A stretch of 64,000 bases of DNA from Phoronis australis. Lineage: Eukaryota; Animalia; Phoronida. This document shows, in pieces, positions 35,801-50,800 of this stretch. Below the pieces are notes generated by a model. That model was not told where the DNA came from, did no database searches, and was given only the letters and a program-made list of their open reading frames with translations. The position numbers were made by a program, and so were the translations under genes. How positions within the stretch are numbered: the first letter of the stretch is position 1; the number at the start of each line of letters is the position of its first letter. The stretch spans positions 542,183 through 606,182 of the forward strand of contig NMRA01000028.1 in assembly GCA_002633005.1 (NCBI GenBank), written 5' to 3'.

Positions 35801-38800
35801 TCCACCGTGGAGTGTGGTGGAGAGTGGTCTGGATAACTCACTGTCACACACTTTGACTGATGGCGTTGACTGTAATCCTGAAGTTAATGTTCCGAGCTAT
35901 GAACACAAAACTTGCGAGCAACATGTACAAGATGTAATGAACATATCCAGTTCTTTTAAAAACAATAAAAGTGAAGTGGCTGACAATATGCAGGATGATG
36001 TGTTTGAGGACGTGTACAACGATTCGAGTAGGCCTATATCAGCAGAGTCTATGGAGGATGTTACTTTTTCTGCCGACATGGATCACGATCTTCTTGAAAT
36101 GCTTGGTCTGTCTGATGAAAAACCAGTTGACAAGAAACATGTAAATAAGGATGAAATGTCCATTAAGTCACATGGCCTTAAGAGATGCCAGGCCAAGTCG
36201 AGGCTTGTGAGAAAGCGACCGAGTGTAATGGAGAAGCCATTCTTTGAGACGGTACAGAGTGTTTTGAATTCACGCAGGAATACCATGCCTACATTTCAAG
36301 TATCGCAGAGCGAGTTGACTGAACTGAGCAAGGGTCTTGCTGCTACCGCGCAAACTCGTCGTGATTCTCATTTTGACAGGAGTTTCAGCCTACCTGTGAT
36401 TGAAGAAAACCATGGAGAAGAAACTGGGGTAAGTTATACATCTCAACACACGTGCCACTTTGATGAATACTTTCAGTGTATCTGGAGATCTGACGGGGCA
36501 TAGGAAACATCTCCTCTGATTTGGTGTGGCCACTCCAACTTCAGAGGAGATGACAGCAGTTTGTTTGTAGAATTATTTCTGCAATACTGTGTTGCTATAA
36601 TTATTCTTGAATGTTGCCGGGTTGTAGCATGGTTACTGCAGTGCAGTCTGACTAAGTCTTGATAAATGAACTAATCAAGAAACGTCGAAATTTGTGCGGT
36701 ATGTAAGTATTTAAAAAGTCGATGAGGAATGTTTGCATGGCTTTATTAAGTGCAAAACATGAATACTGGAATTTTTATCTGAGAAAGAGTCAGTTGCATG
36801 ATGTTTTGTGTGCTATCAGTAAAATGGTAGCAACAGATTGTTACGGGTCAGTCACTGATGTCGTATGTTACACAAATTTAAAATAATTATGAAATGCACC
36901 ATTGTGCACAATTAAATTGATGGCGGTAGGAGATGACTGTTTAGGCAATCACCTCTCTGAGCTGTTGATTTGTGAAGCGCATGAACTTTAACCGCTCACG
37001 TGAAATACAGTAATCTGGTGGGTGGGTGCTTTTAGGCACCTATTGTGTTTAGATAAATGTCCATCATTTAAGATATCAACAATGAGAAGCTGGTCTCAGT
37101 CCATTTTATTAAGATTGACATTCTCCTGTTCTGTTATTTAAAGGTGAAGGCAACCTTTTTTCATGTCACTTTTAGCAAAAATAAGGTTTGTTGATTATCC
37201 CAGACACATTTTTCACTTAATTACAGCTTTTCGTAATTTGATTAATTTCTCGTCCCGTACTCCGGAAGTGACATTTTGGGAGGCAAGAGTTTCGTGCCAA
37301 TTTCTTTTCATATAGTCTGACTGTGAGAGCAGTCGAGTCAGTCATTGTTCTACCTCGGTTGTTATAAGTTCTGTTGTCGTTTGCTTTTGCTTACGAGTCA
37401 GTCAACATGCCACGCTGTTGCTGCGTACTGGGGTGTACTCATTATCGTCTCACGTACAGAGGAAGAACTGTCCCACTTGCCCGAGTGTTCACGACACACT
37501 CCCACTTAAGGGTTATCTGAGCACCCAAACTGCTTACATTCTGCCGTGTGGCTCCCTCGCCACACCTGGTACCTTCCAAATAGCTCCAATACAAGTCCAC
37601 AATGAATTTATCAAACTTAGGCTCACCGATCTGTTCATTGGATGACGAACTGTCCTCTTCACTGGGTGTCAAACTGGGCCTGTATTCACTCCCACTACTC
37701 AACATCGCTGCAGGGCTGCTTACAGGCTCTGGGCTAGAGACAACAGCGCAGGGCAAATCACTGCTAGTTCCCGGAATTGCACGCAATGGGGTATGTTCGA
37801 AGGCACGGGTGACAGTAGATGAAGTGCCTCCAGTCACTATATAGTGACCACAGCTCGCGAGGCTTCTCGCTTCAAAAACGCACTTCTCGGGGTTGGCGAC
37901 GGGGCACTGCCGGGAATCAACAGCGACGGTGTGGTACCCTTCTTCAGGCGTTGTTTCGCAGAGACCTTCATCAATTCAGCGTACATATCTGTCATAATCT
38001 GACGGCAGAAAATGTTTGCCACACACTCGGTAACCCTCCACTGCTTTGTACGTTGCGTGAACGGGTAGCGCTGCATTCTTCCCATGAACGAGCTAGCCAA
38101 GTACGGCGAAGTGTGTCATCCTTCGTAAAGCGACGCAAGGTACCCAAAGAGACGATAATGAGTACATTCCGGCACACAGCAACAGCGTGGCATGTTGACT
38201 GACTTGTAAACAAAAGCAAACGACGATCGAAGTTATCTCAACCGAGGTAGAACAATGATTGACTCGACAGCTCTCACAGTCAGACTATAATGAAAAGAAA
38301 TTGGGGCGAAATTCTTGCCTCCCAAAACGTCACTTCCGGAGTAGACGACGAGTAATTAATTAAATTACGAAAAGCAGTAAATAAGTGAAAAATATGTCTG
38401 GGATAATCAACGAACCTTATTTTTGCTAAAACTGACATGAAAAAAGGTTGCCTTCGCCTTTAAATGAAAAAATGCCCACCTCAAAATACATGATTAATCT
38501 ACTAATTGATGCATGTGTGTGGTCTACTAATTGATGCATGTGTGTGTTGGTATGTTAAAGTACATGAATCTTTATAAGGGTGATGTTATTAGCCGAGTTT
38601 GCTGTACCGATCATTGTCATGATGCGAAAAGCTGAGTGTAAATACTTATTCGGATCAGCAACCAAGGCTACTAAGTCATATGCATATTAAAACGTATGTA
38701 ATTTAACATATTTATGCTACATGTTAAAGATTGCAACTCATATTTTTCTTAGATAACCGTGTCTCGTGACTGCAGGGATATACCCAGGTTTCAAAAACCC

Positions 38801-41800
38801 GCTCGCCAGCTTGGCAAGTACGCCAGAAAATCTACTTGCCTAGCCCAAAGTTCAGTTGCCCGGCGTTTTGTGTAGGTCTACAAACTTGCTGCCAAGGTCA
38901 ATAAAAATGATCTATTTGTGGCGCTGCGTTGATGTCACCATCTATTAGGGCTAGTATTGTTTTTAAAATTCCTACCAAAGTAACTTTCGACGTCGATGAA
39001 TTCCCAGCAACGCAAGACGACTAGCATTGCTATGCCCCAATGTGGGTAAAAGACTGACCAGATAAAATCTGACACAAAATTTATTTCATTAAAAAATAAA
39101 CTCTTCCTTGAGTACACTAAAGTATTTACCGTTGTTGGAATAGTTGGCGTTCTACCATTATTCGCTGCTAAAAATTGCGGCACTATCTTTGCGTCAGCTT
39201 TCGGCGCATTGAAATATTGCATCGCCCATTGGACAGTTTCTTTGCTCGCAGATTCTTCAATCAACTGTCGTTCTTTTACGAGATTGAGATTGCGTTCACG
39301 TCACAACAAATCATCGCAGTTGGTTTGACTTCTGAGTTTTTAATATTTTGATACCAGCAAACCCAATATTTCATTACAAACTTTGCTGTCATCTAAGTTC
39401 TCCCGAGAGATGTCGTACAACTTTTGGAAATGGCGCATGCGTACTGTTTTCAAAACAACGACATACTTTTTTGTTACAAAAAGCGGAGAACGACCCAAGA
39501 AAATGATGTTTATTAAGATAGTTCTTCATTTAAATGGCGGTAACGGGCAAGGTGAGAAGCGGTTGTTTTCAATGTTATTTATAAAATAATCTTGGCTACA
39601 CTGTACAATAAGTAAGTTCCAAGAAATATGGTATTTCACTTGCTGTGAGCACATGGGCCACTCTAACTCCTTCCCCCCTTTCCTTCGTTTTGGACTAGTC
39701 CACCTTTTTGCAGGACCCACCACATGTCGCACTTACAATGGCCTTTTGTTTAGACGAATCCCATAACAGTTAACTTCTGCAGACTTCGTAGGAGCACACT
39801 ACGCCTATGTTTGTTACTGCCGAAGCATCGAGACGCGTACCAATCTTAACCTTAAATTCATGATAAAACAGTACAGGGAGGAGAAAATTTATTCATTTTC
39901 ATCTGGGAAACGATGGAGTGCTTTTGCGCTCTGAAAATTCGCTCGCCACCTGGGCGACCGGCAAGTGAACTTCTGCTCGCCCAGCACCATTTTTACTCGC
40001 ATTGGCCACTGGGCGAGTGGCTAAGTATATCCCTGGACCCTACAATACATTTTTGGGTTATTACACGCGACACCTTATTGCATGGGCATATCGAGGTGTA
40101 TGTGTTGAAAAGGTCAACTTAGAGACAAAAAATCAAAATTGTGGCTATACTAACATTTCTGGTCTCATCTGAACTCAGGAATGTACATAGTCTTAACAAC
40201 AATTTTGTTGTACCTCCTGAGTTAGTAAGCATTATATTTTTTGACGTTTGCCTCCATAATAGAGTTCCTGGACCTGAATGAAATTTCAGGAAATCTTACA
40301 AACAGGTTTTTATTGTGGAGGCAATGATTATTTCTCATTATTGCATGGCTTCAATATATTTCTACACCATCTAATGGACATTACTACTTGTTTTGAGTCT
40401 CTTTTTGGCATTCGCCTCTCTCCGCCAAACCATCTAAGGAATCATGAAAATTGACAGATGTGTTCCTATTGAGAATGGCAGGATTGATATTAAGATTTGG
40501 ACAGCTCAGGACTACTGTGACATCCTCAAGTGGTTGTTTTTGCATCCACTGCTGTATCTCTAAGCCCTCACAGGATTTTTTGTTAAATTTGGCGAGTGTA
40601 TTTCTACAACCGCGACAATCAAAAAGTTGGCACAGGGAAAGAGTAAAACCTTGGGAATTCCAGAAGTGCCCATGTCCAAACTAGTGGTTACAGTGGTAGA
40701 ATGTTTTGAAACATATTGGCTGCTGCCAAGTAGCCACTCGGATCAAAATTGCACAGCATTAACTGCACCAACATTTGCTCCGGCATGTCATTTTGAAAAT
40801 TACTTAAAAACGAGGAAAGGCAAGATATTCTTGTTTTCAACTGTTCATTTAAAGTACGTTTCTGTCACAAGAAAATCCTGGCTAACCATTTCTTTGCCTT
40901 ATGATGGCCCTAATTATTGCAAGACGGGGAAGTTGTTTTGCATTGCACAGAGGTTTCGTACAATAAATTAAAAATATTTGTACAAGTAATGTGTTTTATA
41001 GAGCATGGAATTGCCATACCTGACAACAAATCCAGCTGACTTTTAAATTTGCTGAAATAAAAAAAAAACAATTAATTGACAAGCCCATATATGCTCGGTT
41101 GTATGTCTCAGTATTCAGTATATCATCGCACTTTATTGGAGAATGCAACCAAAAGCACTATTTTAAGCTGTAAATCAGAGCCAACCTGCTTGTACATTGT
41201 TCTCTGTCCACATGATAATTGCGAGACAGAATCTCCACACATTGTCACAGCAGGGCTTCATCCAGGATTTCGAAAATAGGGTGTCCAAAATGGGGTTCCC
41301 AATATTCCAGGGCGTCCATGATTCCAGCGACGCTTTACCCCCATGGGCCCCACCTTCCACTACATTTCATCTGTAATGCCCCACACAAGCAGTGGTGTTT
41401 TTAAAAAAGATGAAAAACAGAAACTACAGCTCTGAAACACCAGTTTGAAGTTAACCAAGTTTGTGCCACTATAGACTTGATTCATGCGGCGGACATTAAA
41501 ATCCAAAGCGAGGCTCACTGCGATAAACAAAGCGGAAGTTGACATTGCGTGAGTTAAATGGCTGGTCTTTCGAGTCCAACTTGGATATTAAATCTTAAAA
41601 ATGTGTCGATAATTAACCACAGAGACGCAGAAAAATACATAAAGGACAAGTTAATGCACCAAAGAGTTGTCTGACGAAAGGGTAATAATTTTTTTTTCGG
41701 GACCAAATTGCGGGCGATCGTAGTGTTACCGGTTAGGTATCATGCTGAATGCAGGGTTACGTTTCTTCTTGTAAATTGTTGATAAAAATGCTTTCTATGT

Positions 41801-44800
41801 GAACCAGGTCATCTGCTCATGTTGTTGACTAAGTTGATATGTTCGACAGTGGTCGCTCATCGCATTTTGCTGTCTTGTGCAATTATTCACATCTGGTTCA
41901 ATTTGTTAAACATCAAGCATAGCCCTAGGTGAGGTAGGGACTATTGGGACTAACAGTTGATTTGTTATTGATCTGAAAGAATAATTGATGTTATTAAAAA
42001 TATTTTATTAATTTTAATAAAAAACCACTGGCAGGCTCATAATTGAAAATAAAAATTATTTGATCACCAATTTTGCTTTCTTGATTTTGATAATTCTTAG
42101 TCTATTTCATGTGTTAGGTTTCAAATATCGTTCTGGACAAAGTTGAATTTTAAAATTAAAACACCCAATTCGTTTGTCCAAAGCATAACCTTGTTTTAGA
42201 GCTCAATTTCAGTTAACTGGACAGAGCAAGCATAGTTATTATGTTTCTTCAGGAGCCTCGTTCATCCGAGGGGAAAGGTGCCTGTGCCTCAGTTCCGAGT
42301 GAGGGGAAAATCTACCTCCTGATCACCATCAGTAGCTCCCCGCCCTGTTGCAAGCTCTCATAGGCTCTGTCTCAGTTTAAAGTAGCATTTTGTGCTCTTT
42401 CAAATTGCCACCTGTTTGGATACAGGTAATTTGAACTTTGGAGAGAGCTGAATTTTCAATCTCTAGGGGAATTTTTAGGCCCTCGTGGGGGGAATTTCGC
42501 GTGATATTTTTGAGAGGGGAATAGGGCCGATAGTCTGTCCCAAAATCGAGGGATTGAGGGCCCTGTCCTGTTTGGAATAAAAAACGCATTTTGCTTTCAC
42601 CCGTAGTCATGAAAACACAGCCTGGCTGGCCGAAGATTTTCCAGTTGTTGCTTTGCTTAGCAACAGAGATGCTACAAAATATGATCTAACTTTCGAAAAC
42701 ATAAATTTTACACGGACATATTTTCCTTCGTCCAACGCTTCCGAATCTCAACGTCCTTATGGATTGTAAAGCAGACAGTTGAGTGTCCGTAGTTTTTCTA
42801 GCTGTTCGAGCAATGTGGAATACAACTATGCCAATAAGCTAACGGAGCTATCATAGCGAGCCTTGTTTTGGAACGCGCCTCCTGTCAGCGTGAATTACTG
42901 TAGGTCTATATAAAGTTCTGAATAGCTATTTATGATAAGACCACTGAAAGAAGAGATTGCACTAGAAAACACTTGGGCAACTGTACATGTGCAAATGATT
43001 GATATGTCTTCACAGTAGTTTGAACATTGCAACATTTTATATACATTGTATGTTTCTTTCTGACTTGAAAGGGCCAACATTTCTCTCTTAAACTATCACT
43101 AATCTTTGATTATCAACTAGTCCTAATAATGTTACAATGTGGGTGTCCTAACTGGAGAAAATGATACATTGGGTGTCCTTGCCAGAGCGTCCAGGGCCCG
43201 GTCTCCAATCTCCGTACTCAGACTCGAATCATGCTCAAACTCACACTTCATACTCAACTCGAGTACAGACTCAGCTTTGGTGTATTCAATGTCATACTCG
43301 AAAAATCTGTACTCGAAATTTCGAGCACGTACTCAGTTTTCGAGTGTACTCGAACTGAAGTGTATCTCATCTATATTTCGAGTACGATTTTGAGTAAAAA
43401 TTCGGAGTCTATGCTCAAATTTCAAGTTTGGTATGGCAGTGTGCTTGAAATCGTACTCGAAAATAAATACGAGCCAGAGAACAAAATATCGAAAGGGAAC
43501 CAAGAAACATAGAAAATCTAAAAAAATAAGTCCTCTTACCGTATCTCAGCACTTGAATTTCAGTTCAGATATAATAGTTTTCATCTTAAATCTTCTTATT
43601 CTTCACCTTATTAACCCGCCGTATCACTGTATGTTATATGGCCGCCATTCTACCTCTACAATTCCTGGCAATAGGCGCATTGTAATCCCTTGTCGGCGAG
43701 TCATAACAAGCGTCGAAAGCAGTTGTGGGAAAAGACGTGTGAGAAGTTTGTGCTGCCCTTATTTCGGAATGTGTGCCTACGGTTTGTAGGGTTTCCAAAA
43801 GACGAGGAGGGGAGGGAAGTTAAAAAAAAGTTCGCTTCCCTGTCAGGTACATTTCTCATCATAACTTAGTCATCTATAATTCCTCAATCCCCAAATGCTG
43901 GAATTCCAGATTTTGTTTGCCGATTTCTAAGTAGACGTCTCGTCCCGTTCACTGCCACTGGTGAACTCTCAATGCCTGCACAAGTATTGTTTTTTAACGC
44001 ACGTGCCAAATGTCAACTCACTTGATACATCCCGGTAAAATACAAAGATACAGTATCAAACTTTGACATCAGTGTAGGCCTACACAGCAATGGGTTTTAT
44101 GTCAAGACTAAATTAGCAACAGAGATGTGATGTGATAAGCTGTTACATATTTCTTAAGACATTTTCGGGACTGGGTGAGTAACTCAAGAAGTAAAGCTTA
44201 ATAATTGCCAAATTTATCAAAGAAATGACATAAGAATATTTATTGAAACTAAAAAATGAATAACAGTTACAGAACACTCAGAATTCCACGTTATAGACAT
44301 ACTCTTTAGCGACAGCAGACGATAATGTAGGCCTAGTTCTTAGGGTGGTCTATTCCAATAGGGAGCGATGAATCAGCGCGGCTTTGCGTGATTTTGCATT
44401 TCACATTATAAAGAGTTCCATAGCAACTCGAGTATGAGTGTCAGATTTGAGTACGTTTGGAGTCTACTCGAAATACGATATTAGATACGCTTTTTTGAGT
44501 ACGACTCCAGTGAGCACGATTTTGAGTATGAAATCTCGAGTATGAGTATGAGTCTGAGTACGGAGATTGGAGACCGGGCCCAGATTAGTGCTCGGGCGTC
44601 CATTTGGACCCCAGGACATACGCTGCATAAAGGCCTGTGTCACAGTCATGTATCCAGCATATCTACCACCCCTGGTTATCTAAAAGTGGCATTCAGATCA
44701 TCTTTAGCAACCTTTTTGTGACATTTCCATGACATGCAAGCAACATTTTAGAATATGACATAAGATGCCTGCAGTCATAACAAAGTTGATCCTTTTGGTT

Positions 44801-47800
44801 TTTTATTTTGTATTTTGTTCATCAATTTTATATTTAATTTTCAATATCAATATTGTTGATTTACTGTATAGAAGTTAACAGATTTTGAAAACATGTTTTT
44901 ATGGTGTTTCTTAGAAACTTTTATTACAAAAATAACTTAACTTGATAAGCACTGTTTGAAAATGTTAAGTAGACGGATTTTCTCTCTAGCAATGTTATAA
45001 GAAATCTTGACTTCAGTGTAAAATCGACATAACTTCATAGATACACATAAATGCCTGAGTGATTTTTCACAGCAAACTTTACAACACTGTACTGGCTTGG
45101 TCAGTGTGCAGTCATTTGTTGTTAACACATGGTCACTCAAGTGCCTTCACTTCTTTCTAGTCCAGTTGAAAGGCAATTTAACATTACCTATTGAATATAT
45201 GATCCCTCACTCTCCTGCCTGGTCAGTCTTCTGTGTGAATGTAACCTCTTTTTGTGAGCAGGTTTTCTCAGATAGACATCAGCCTTACCAGGTAATTTCT
45301 GACCTCCTGAAGAGAGGTATTATATACTTGAGTTGGTCATCTTTTGTTGAACCTCACAAATAGATGGGCAGATATGCCCTCTCTTAAAATATGATGCTAT
45401 CACCAGCCAGGGTGGGTGGCCGAAGGGTGAGTGCCTTCTCTCATATTGTCTTCATTGTCTCATTAATCTCATTGGATATTGTAACTTTATGCATTTTCGT
45501 TACTGGGATGTAGTGATGTTCTTTACAAAAGGCTCATTTCATCAATGTATAGAACTTTATTTTCTGTGCAAGGTTAGCACTGCATGATATACACAGGAGC
45601 AGGGTTTTGACAACTACTTAAATTTGTAATTGACTAAATGACATTTATTCCATTGCTTTGCCTTTAATGACTAGTAGTGTCTGGTTCAGCCATAAATATA
45701 CATTGTTTTCTGTTTTCTTGGTTACTAGAATATTTCCCCGGAACTCCTTTCAACTCTTTGTATCATGTTGCTTGATATAGGGAGAGAGAGACCAGCAATA
45801 AACATTAAATTCTTGGCATAGGTTGCATAACACTGATAGGTTATTATACATAATGTTAGTCATTTGCAAAATTACGTCAGGAGACAGTTATTGGATCAGA
45901 TCAACTGCAGCATATTTACTGTTTGCATCTAAGACTGGGTGGAGATCCTTATGTCTAGGATGATCACCATCCAGCACTCACATCATGGTGAGACAGCTTT
46001 ATTGGTTTGAAGTACACCAATTAGCGCATTGAAAGCACTCCAGAGGTGAGTCAACTGTATGTTGAGATTTTCAATGGAGAAACCTGTTGTTATTAAGTTT
46101 AATCTTTCAAAATTCAAGATTCTCAGTATCTACTTGTTACCGTTTTGTATTCTGGGAAAAGGTTTGATTTTGTTGTCATTTTGGCTTGGGAACACTTAGC
46201 CTCGTATGTTTTATGTGACTGATATTTTACTGCACCCGTTTGACCAGTTTAATTTCAGATGTAGGGTCATCTAATCCAATAATGCCTCTCTAGTGGGCTA
46301 ATGTTACTTACAGATGCCAATATTGGAACTTTATTGGGTAGAGTTCAAATGGGTATAAACTTCTGTGAAATGACTCTTAAATTTNGTCAGTGTGCAGTCT
46401 TTACAACACTGTACTGGCTTGGTCAGTGTGCAGTCTTTACAACACTGTACTGGCTTGGTCAGTGTGCAGTCTTTACAACACTGTACTGGCTTGGTCAGTG
46501 TGCAGTCATTTGCTGTTAACACATGGTCACTCAAGTGCCTTCACTTCTTTCTAGTCCAGTTGAAAGGCAATTTAACATTACCTATTGAATATATGATCCT
46601 TCACTTTCCTGCCTGGTCAGTCTTCTGTGTGAATGTAACCTCTTTTTGTGAGCAGGTTTTCTCAGATAGACATCAGCCTTAATTTCTGACCTCCTGAAGA
46701 GAGGTATTATATACTTGAGTTGGTCATCTTTTGTTGAACCTCACAAATAGATGGGCAGATATGCACTCTCTTAAAATATGATGCTATCACCAGCCAGGGT
46801 GGGTGGCCGAACGGTGAGTGCCTTCTCTCATATTGTCTTTTCATTGTCTCACTAATCTCATTGGATATTGTAACTTTATGCATATGTGTTACTGGGATGT
46901 AGTGATGTTCTTTACAAAAGGCTCATTTCATCAATGTATAGAACTTTATTTTCTGTGCAAGGTTAGCACTGTATGATATACACAGGAGCAGGGTTTTGAC
47001 AACTACAGAAATTTGTGATTGACTAAATAAATGACATTTATTCCATTTTTTTTCCTTTTAATGACTAGTGGTGTTTGGTTTCTGCCATAAATATATTTTT
47101 GTTCTCTGTTTTCTTGGTTACTTGAATATTTCCCTGGAAGTACTCCTTTCAACTCTTTGTATAATGTTGCTTGACATAGGGAGAGAGATACCAGAAATAA
47201 ACATTAAATTCTTGGCATAGGTTGCATAATACTGATAGGTTATTATACATAATGTTAGTCATTTGCAAAATTACATCAGGAGACAGTTATTAGATCAGAT
47301 CAACTGCAGCATATTCTACTATTTGCATCTAAGACTGGGTGGAGATCCTTATGTCTAGGGTGATCACTGTCCAGCACTCACATCTTGGTGAGACAGCTTT
47401 ATTGGTTTGAAGTACTCCAATTAGCGCATTGAAAGCACTCCAGAGGTGAGTCAACTGTATGTAGAGATTTTCAATGGAGAAACCTGTGGTTATTAAGTTT
47501 AATCTTTGAAAATTCAAGATTCTCAGTATCTACTTGTTACCGTTTTGTATTCTGGGAAAAGGTTTGATTTTGTTGTCATTTTGGCTTGGGAACACTTGGC
47601 CTGGTATGTTTTATGTGACTGATATTTTACTGCACCCGTTTGACCAGTTTAATTTCAGATGTAGGGTCATCTAATCCAATAATGCCTCTCTAGTGGGCTA
47701 ATGTTACTTACAGATGCCAATATTGGAACTTTATTGGGTAGAGTTCAAATGGGTATAAACTTCTGTGAAATGACTCTTAAATTTGTTTATTTGAACAGCA

Positions 47801-50800
47801 GCTGTCTGGCATCCGTAGGTGAGTTTTTTTTGAATGAATTAATTTCACCTTTTTCGACATCAATTTTTCTCAATAACTATCCTGGCGAACATCTGCACAA
47901 ATTTATTACACCTCCCCCCCCTCGACTGGCAAAGGGCCTCTTCTGTCAGGAATTTCACGTGCCAGATATGAGATTGTCCAACCTAGTATGTGCTATATCG
48001 CTGGTTGCTCAATTTATCCAAAAAGATGCAAAGTAGTCCTTTTACAATATTGACCGACTTAGGAAGCATTAAAAGGACTACACGAATTGGAAAACATTGA
48101 TTTTGTGATGAAGTTTTGTTATTGCTGGTATGCGTAGTGTTGTGCTAGACTTTTCAAGTATACTGGTATTAGCCAAACTGGCTAAAACCTTTGAAATCTT
48201 TTAGTGATTTGGCAAAGTTATTATCCAAAGATTTCAATATTTGCCAATATCACACATTTGGTGAAATACACAATATTAAGTATTGCAGAGACAGGATGCC
48301 GATGCTTCTTACAAGACAGGATTTAGCAATAACCCTTTATGATTGGCATATGTCCCGAATAATATATAAATGATACATGCGTTGCAAGCCTCGTTACAAG
48401 AGAAGAAAAGGAGATCGATGTATGCGATATAAGATCATTTGTTATGACTACCGTATTCGCCCTAATAAGCCCCCAGGCACTTGGAAAAATTCACTTCAGG
48501 AAGGGGGGTGCTTATTATAGCCCAAAGTGGTTGAAACCCGGTCTCCGAATCAGGCGAAATCATAAGCTAGAATCCATCAAATTTATGCTCTGTGACGCCT
48601 AACTGTAACCTATGACAGAGTTTCTATAAAATTGCTATCAAACTTTGTTGTTAAATTACGAGCATATTTAAAAAATCCCAGTGCGAAAACTTGCCAACTG
48701 ATGCGTCGCTGCCTCGTGATCGCCGATAGGTCAACTTGAATTCTTGAGTAAAAATACAGTTTCGACTCAACAAATTATCTGAAGTCCGCTTTAAGTTTTC
48801 AAAATAGTAAGATTTTTATGTTCCTGTGGTGTCGGGATTAACTGCATGTTAAGTCCAAATTTGTGCTAGATCGTACTCCGCAACACGAGAAAAATCTCTG
48901 GACGAACACACATGTTGTTGTCACGTGATGTTTGTTTTGAAGTTCGTCTGCGTATGGTGTGAATGAGCGAACGCGTTCGTGTCATCAGAGTTCACTTGCC
49001 AGAGTAAATGCGATGTAACGATTTAGGTGTGCATTGTAACTAAGGAAATTAATACTAGCTGTAAAGCAGAACGTGTTTAATTTAGCACTTGATCTCATCT
49101 GTTAAAAATGTTCGAGAATTGTCTCGTCCGATGTCATTGAGTCGGCGGGTGACTGGATGCGTGACAGTCTAACAGTTATTTTTCGGGGGTGTAAGGGTGC
49201 GGAAGTGTTCACTATCAGTGGGTCATTTTGACTTTAAAAACATCAATTACGACTAATTTAATAACTCCCCCTTAAAAATAACACAAACGTTTTTACGGTA
49301 TTAGAAACTTTTGGAAATAAGTGCCAGTATTGATTTCTTGCCGATGCTGTGCTACCCGTTTAATGAATAGATTATGTTCCCGGAGACTAATCCTCGATGA
49401 CAGGTGCTTGAATGTAGCACGTGCTTCCTGGCCACGTGCTTTGAACTGAACAAAGGTCAAGTTTTTATTAATCCATGATTCGCTGTTTTCATGTGTAGAA
49501 AGAAATTTGGATTCCTGTTGAGGGAGATCTGGACGGGAAAGATACAATAGAATCCCTTTGACAAGTAGGCTGCGTCTGCTCTGAAAGGCCACTATTGGAC
49601 ACGTCCCTCGCAAGATCAGCAAAACTTGCACTCTTTTTTGACGTGTTACGTCCCTCGCAAGATCAGCAAAACTTGCACTCTTTTTGACGTGTATAGTCAC
49701 GGCTAAGTACTGACATAGCGGCGAGGCTTGTGGTCTACAATTCCTCCCACAATGATTTTTTCAGGACTGTCGGATCTTATAATTGATAAATTGAAGACAT
49801 CACTGTAGAATTTTAAAACTGTAGGTAGGTATTTTTCGCTTCTGCACGGCGTTCATGGACTGGGCGCTTATCGCAAAGTCTGAAAACTCGTGGAGGGCAC
49901 TTATAGGGGCATGGGTGCTTATTAGGGCGAATACTGTAATATCACAAGTAAAGATAGTGAATACAGATAAGTAAAATAAAAAATATAATCTCTGGTAAGA
50001 TGGGCAATAAAAAAGCACCAGCCACGTGGAAGTACGAGAGAATGACGAAAGGGAGTGATAGAGGGAGGGAAAAATTAATAAGTTTTGGAACATATGACAA
50101 TGTGGCTAGAACAAAGGTTAGCTGAAAACGAGGTTACAATAACAAAGAAAATGCCTTAGGACACGTGACAATCATCAGCCTATGAGAGTCAAGAGCTGAC
50201 CAAACTCAAGGCACGTGATAACTACAGACCAATAAGAAGGCTGGGAAAACGACGTGTAGTCGTACACAAAGGAATAATGGGATAGACCAATATGAGGGGG
50301 AAATATGGTTGCATCACATTAAACCCCAATAGGTACCACTGGCAAGTTAGGATGTCATAACCATAATTTTTGATGGAGAAGTGTTTGTGTTGTCCCTAAA
50401 ATAGCATGCTGGTTGTAATTTTGGTGTTTACTGAGGGAAGACAGTCCCTAACCAAGGCTCAGAATTAACTTTGTTGACTGGTTGGCCTTTCTGACCACTC
50501 AAATTCAGTTCAACTTGTCCCAATTCAAGATGAGCTTGTCCAAAAACTGGACCCAAAGGCAAATGAACCCTCACCGTATTTTTCACAGAATGCAAAACAT
50601 CACTCCATCTTTAAACACCAACCATTGAAAAGTTTCCAATCACAGTAGCTCAAAATGCTTTCCGCTTGAGTTCATAGGCCTTGCTAGGTTTAATACACTT
50701 GAAGCTGAGGACTCCCTAGAGTTTGGATCATTGGCAAGATCATAAACACATACTTAGCAATAGAAGTCTGAGACATTGTTACATACATTACAAAGCAGAC

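Noticed and set aside
34097-36286. Antisense ORFs overlapping the large exon
   Set aside because: Shadow ORFs of a long coding exon, with no motifs or splice support.
34062-36503. The 813-aa ORF as an intronless gene
   Set aside because: It starts at a non-ATG codon inside a polypyrimidine tract; a strong acceptor at 34079 and donor at 36429 indicate an internal exon.
46386-46507. 36-bp repeats (and the 64-bp repeats at 31720) as a CRISPR array
   Set aside because: Head-to-tail units with no unique spacers, no cas genes, eukaryotic context.
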